DNA from: Candidatus Poriferisocius sp.
GTDB lineage: Bacteria; Actinomycetota; Acidimicrobiia; Acidimicrobiales; Bin134
Direction: 5' to 3'
Assembly (NCBI RefSeq): GCF_965202595.1
Contig: NZ_OZ241836.1
Coordinates: forward strand, 215,095 to 279,094
Length of the DNA stretch: 64,000 nucleotides
Under the pieces are notes generated by a model. It ran no database searches and was not told the DNA's origin. It was given only the letters and a program-made list of their open reading frames with translations. Below are positions 63,457 to 64,000 of the stretch, in pieces (positions within the stretch are counted from its first letter, which is position 1; the number at the start of each line of letters is the position of its first letter). The translations under genes were made by a program, and so were the position numbers.

Positions 63457-63524
63457 TGGTATCTCATTGCCACGGGCATCTCATCGCCACTGGCATCTCA
63501 TCGCCGCGGGTATCTCATCGCCAA
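63453..63524 (-). repeat. 17-bp tandem repeat x4 encoding four ATGA-chained 4-6-codon mini-ORFs, ending on the lnt GTG
   Basis: tcat at 63464, 63481, 63498 and 63515; tcac at 63453. Minus-strand ORFs, verified base by base: MRYPRR* (63518-63498), MRCQWR* (63501-63481), MRCPWQ* (63484-63464), MRYQ* (63467-63453). Confidence 0.9.
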
Positions 63525-63543
63525 AGGATGCACCAGGTGCCGG

Positions 63544-64000
63544 CTACCGGGGGCCCGGGGCACCATTTGTGGCGGCAAGGGCTGCCTGGCGACCCTGATG
63601 GATGCAGGCCGGGATGCCCAATCCTCGGGCCCACGCCCCGGTGACCTGTACCCAGGGCGCGTCTTTGGACAACGCTTGTTCGATGGTGGTCACCAACTCC
63701 AGGTGGCCGGGGAAATACTGCGGCAGGGAGTGCTCCCAGCGGCTGATGCGCACATGCTGGGGCGTGGCGTTCAGCCCCATCGTCGTTTCCAAGTCCGACA
63801 TCACCACCCCCAGCAGGGCCTCGTCGCTCAGGTACAGCAGCTCGTTGTCGCCGTACCGGCCCAGGGACACTCTCATTATCACGGTGTTCGGCGATGCCAG
63901 GTGGGCCCACTTGCTTGAGGCCCATGAGCAGGCGGTGATGCTGAGGCCCTCCACGGCCGGTACCAGAAAACCCGATCCGGCCAGGGGGTGTTTCACGGCG
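63544..64000 (-). CDS. hemY: Protoporphyrinogen/coproporphyrinogen III oxidase, C-terminal part (5' end outside the window)
   Basis: GFLVP, SSKWAH, RWEHSLPQYFPGH and GLGIPACI match the HemY/CgoX C-terminal pattern. Confidence 0.75.
   Translation of the reverse strand, partial: AVKHPLAGSGFLVPAVEGLSITACSWASSKWAHLASPNTVIMRVSLGRYGDNELLYLSDEALLGVVMSDLETTMGLNATPQHVRISRWEHSLPQYFPGHLELVTTIEQALSKDAPWVQVTGAWARGLGIPACIHQGRQAALAATNGAPGPR

Overview
This is a high-GC actinobacterial chromosome segment (WhiB-family regulator, MshA; roughly two-thirds G+C by eye, not computed). The core content, in order: MBL hydrolase, orn and dut; a fibronectin-III-repeat surface protein gene of about 1,770 codons, split by one in-frame TGA; nadX; amt; tRNA-Lys; mshA; proC; a heme block (sirC-like, hemA, hemC, cobA/hemD fusion, hemL); a respiratory cluster with Rieske protein, split cytochrome b and cytochrome c; and the complete nuoA-N operon. 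The last 16 kb is more accessory. It holds three AT-rich restriction-modification islets with no mobility genes: an intact Type IIG-like fusion enzyme, an intact Type II R+M pair bounded by an 80-bp direct repeat of tesB sequence, and a decayed M-S remnant. These are interleaved with a PQQ sugar dehydrogenase, tesB and an envelope cluster (GtrA, methyltransferases, GT4, Lnt). The most unusual signal is structural. At about 15 co-directional gene junctions, the stop/start region has been tandemly duplicated in units of 17-74 bp, nearly all with length 2 mod 3. Each extra unit is a complete mini-ORF of 4-24 codons. Its start overlaps the preceding stop (ATGA, TGATG or GTGA) and its stop overlaps the next start, so translational coupling between the flanking genes is never broken. 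This resembles mycobacterial MIRUs, but each array is built from its own junction sequence. In contrast, repeats inside genes have in-frame units (18/33/36/39 bp) and sit in or at the ends of essential genes (hemC, proC, nuoA/D/F). All calls come from reading the sequence and ORF track; no database search was possible.
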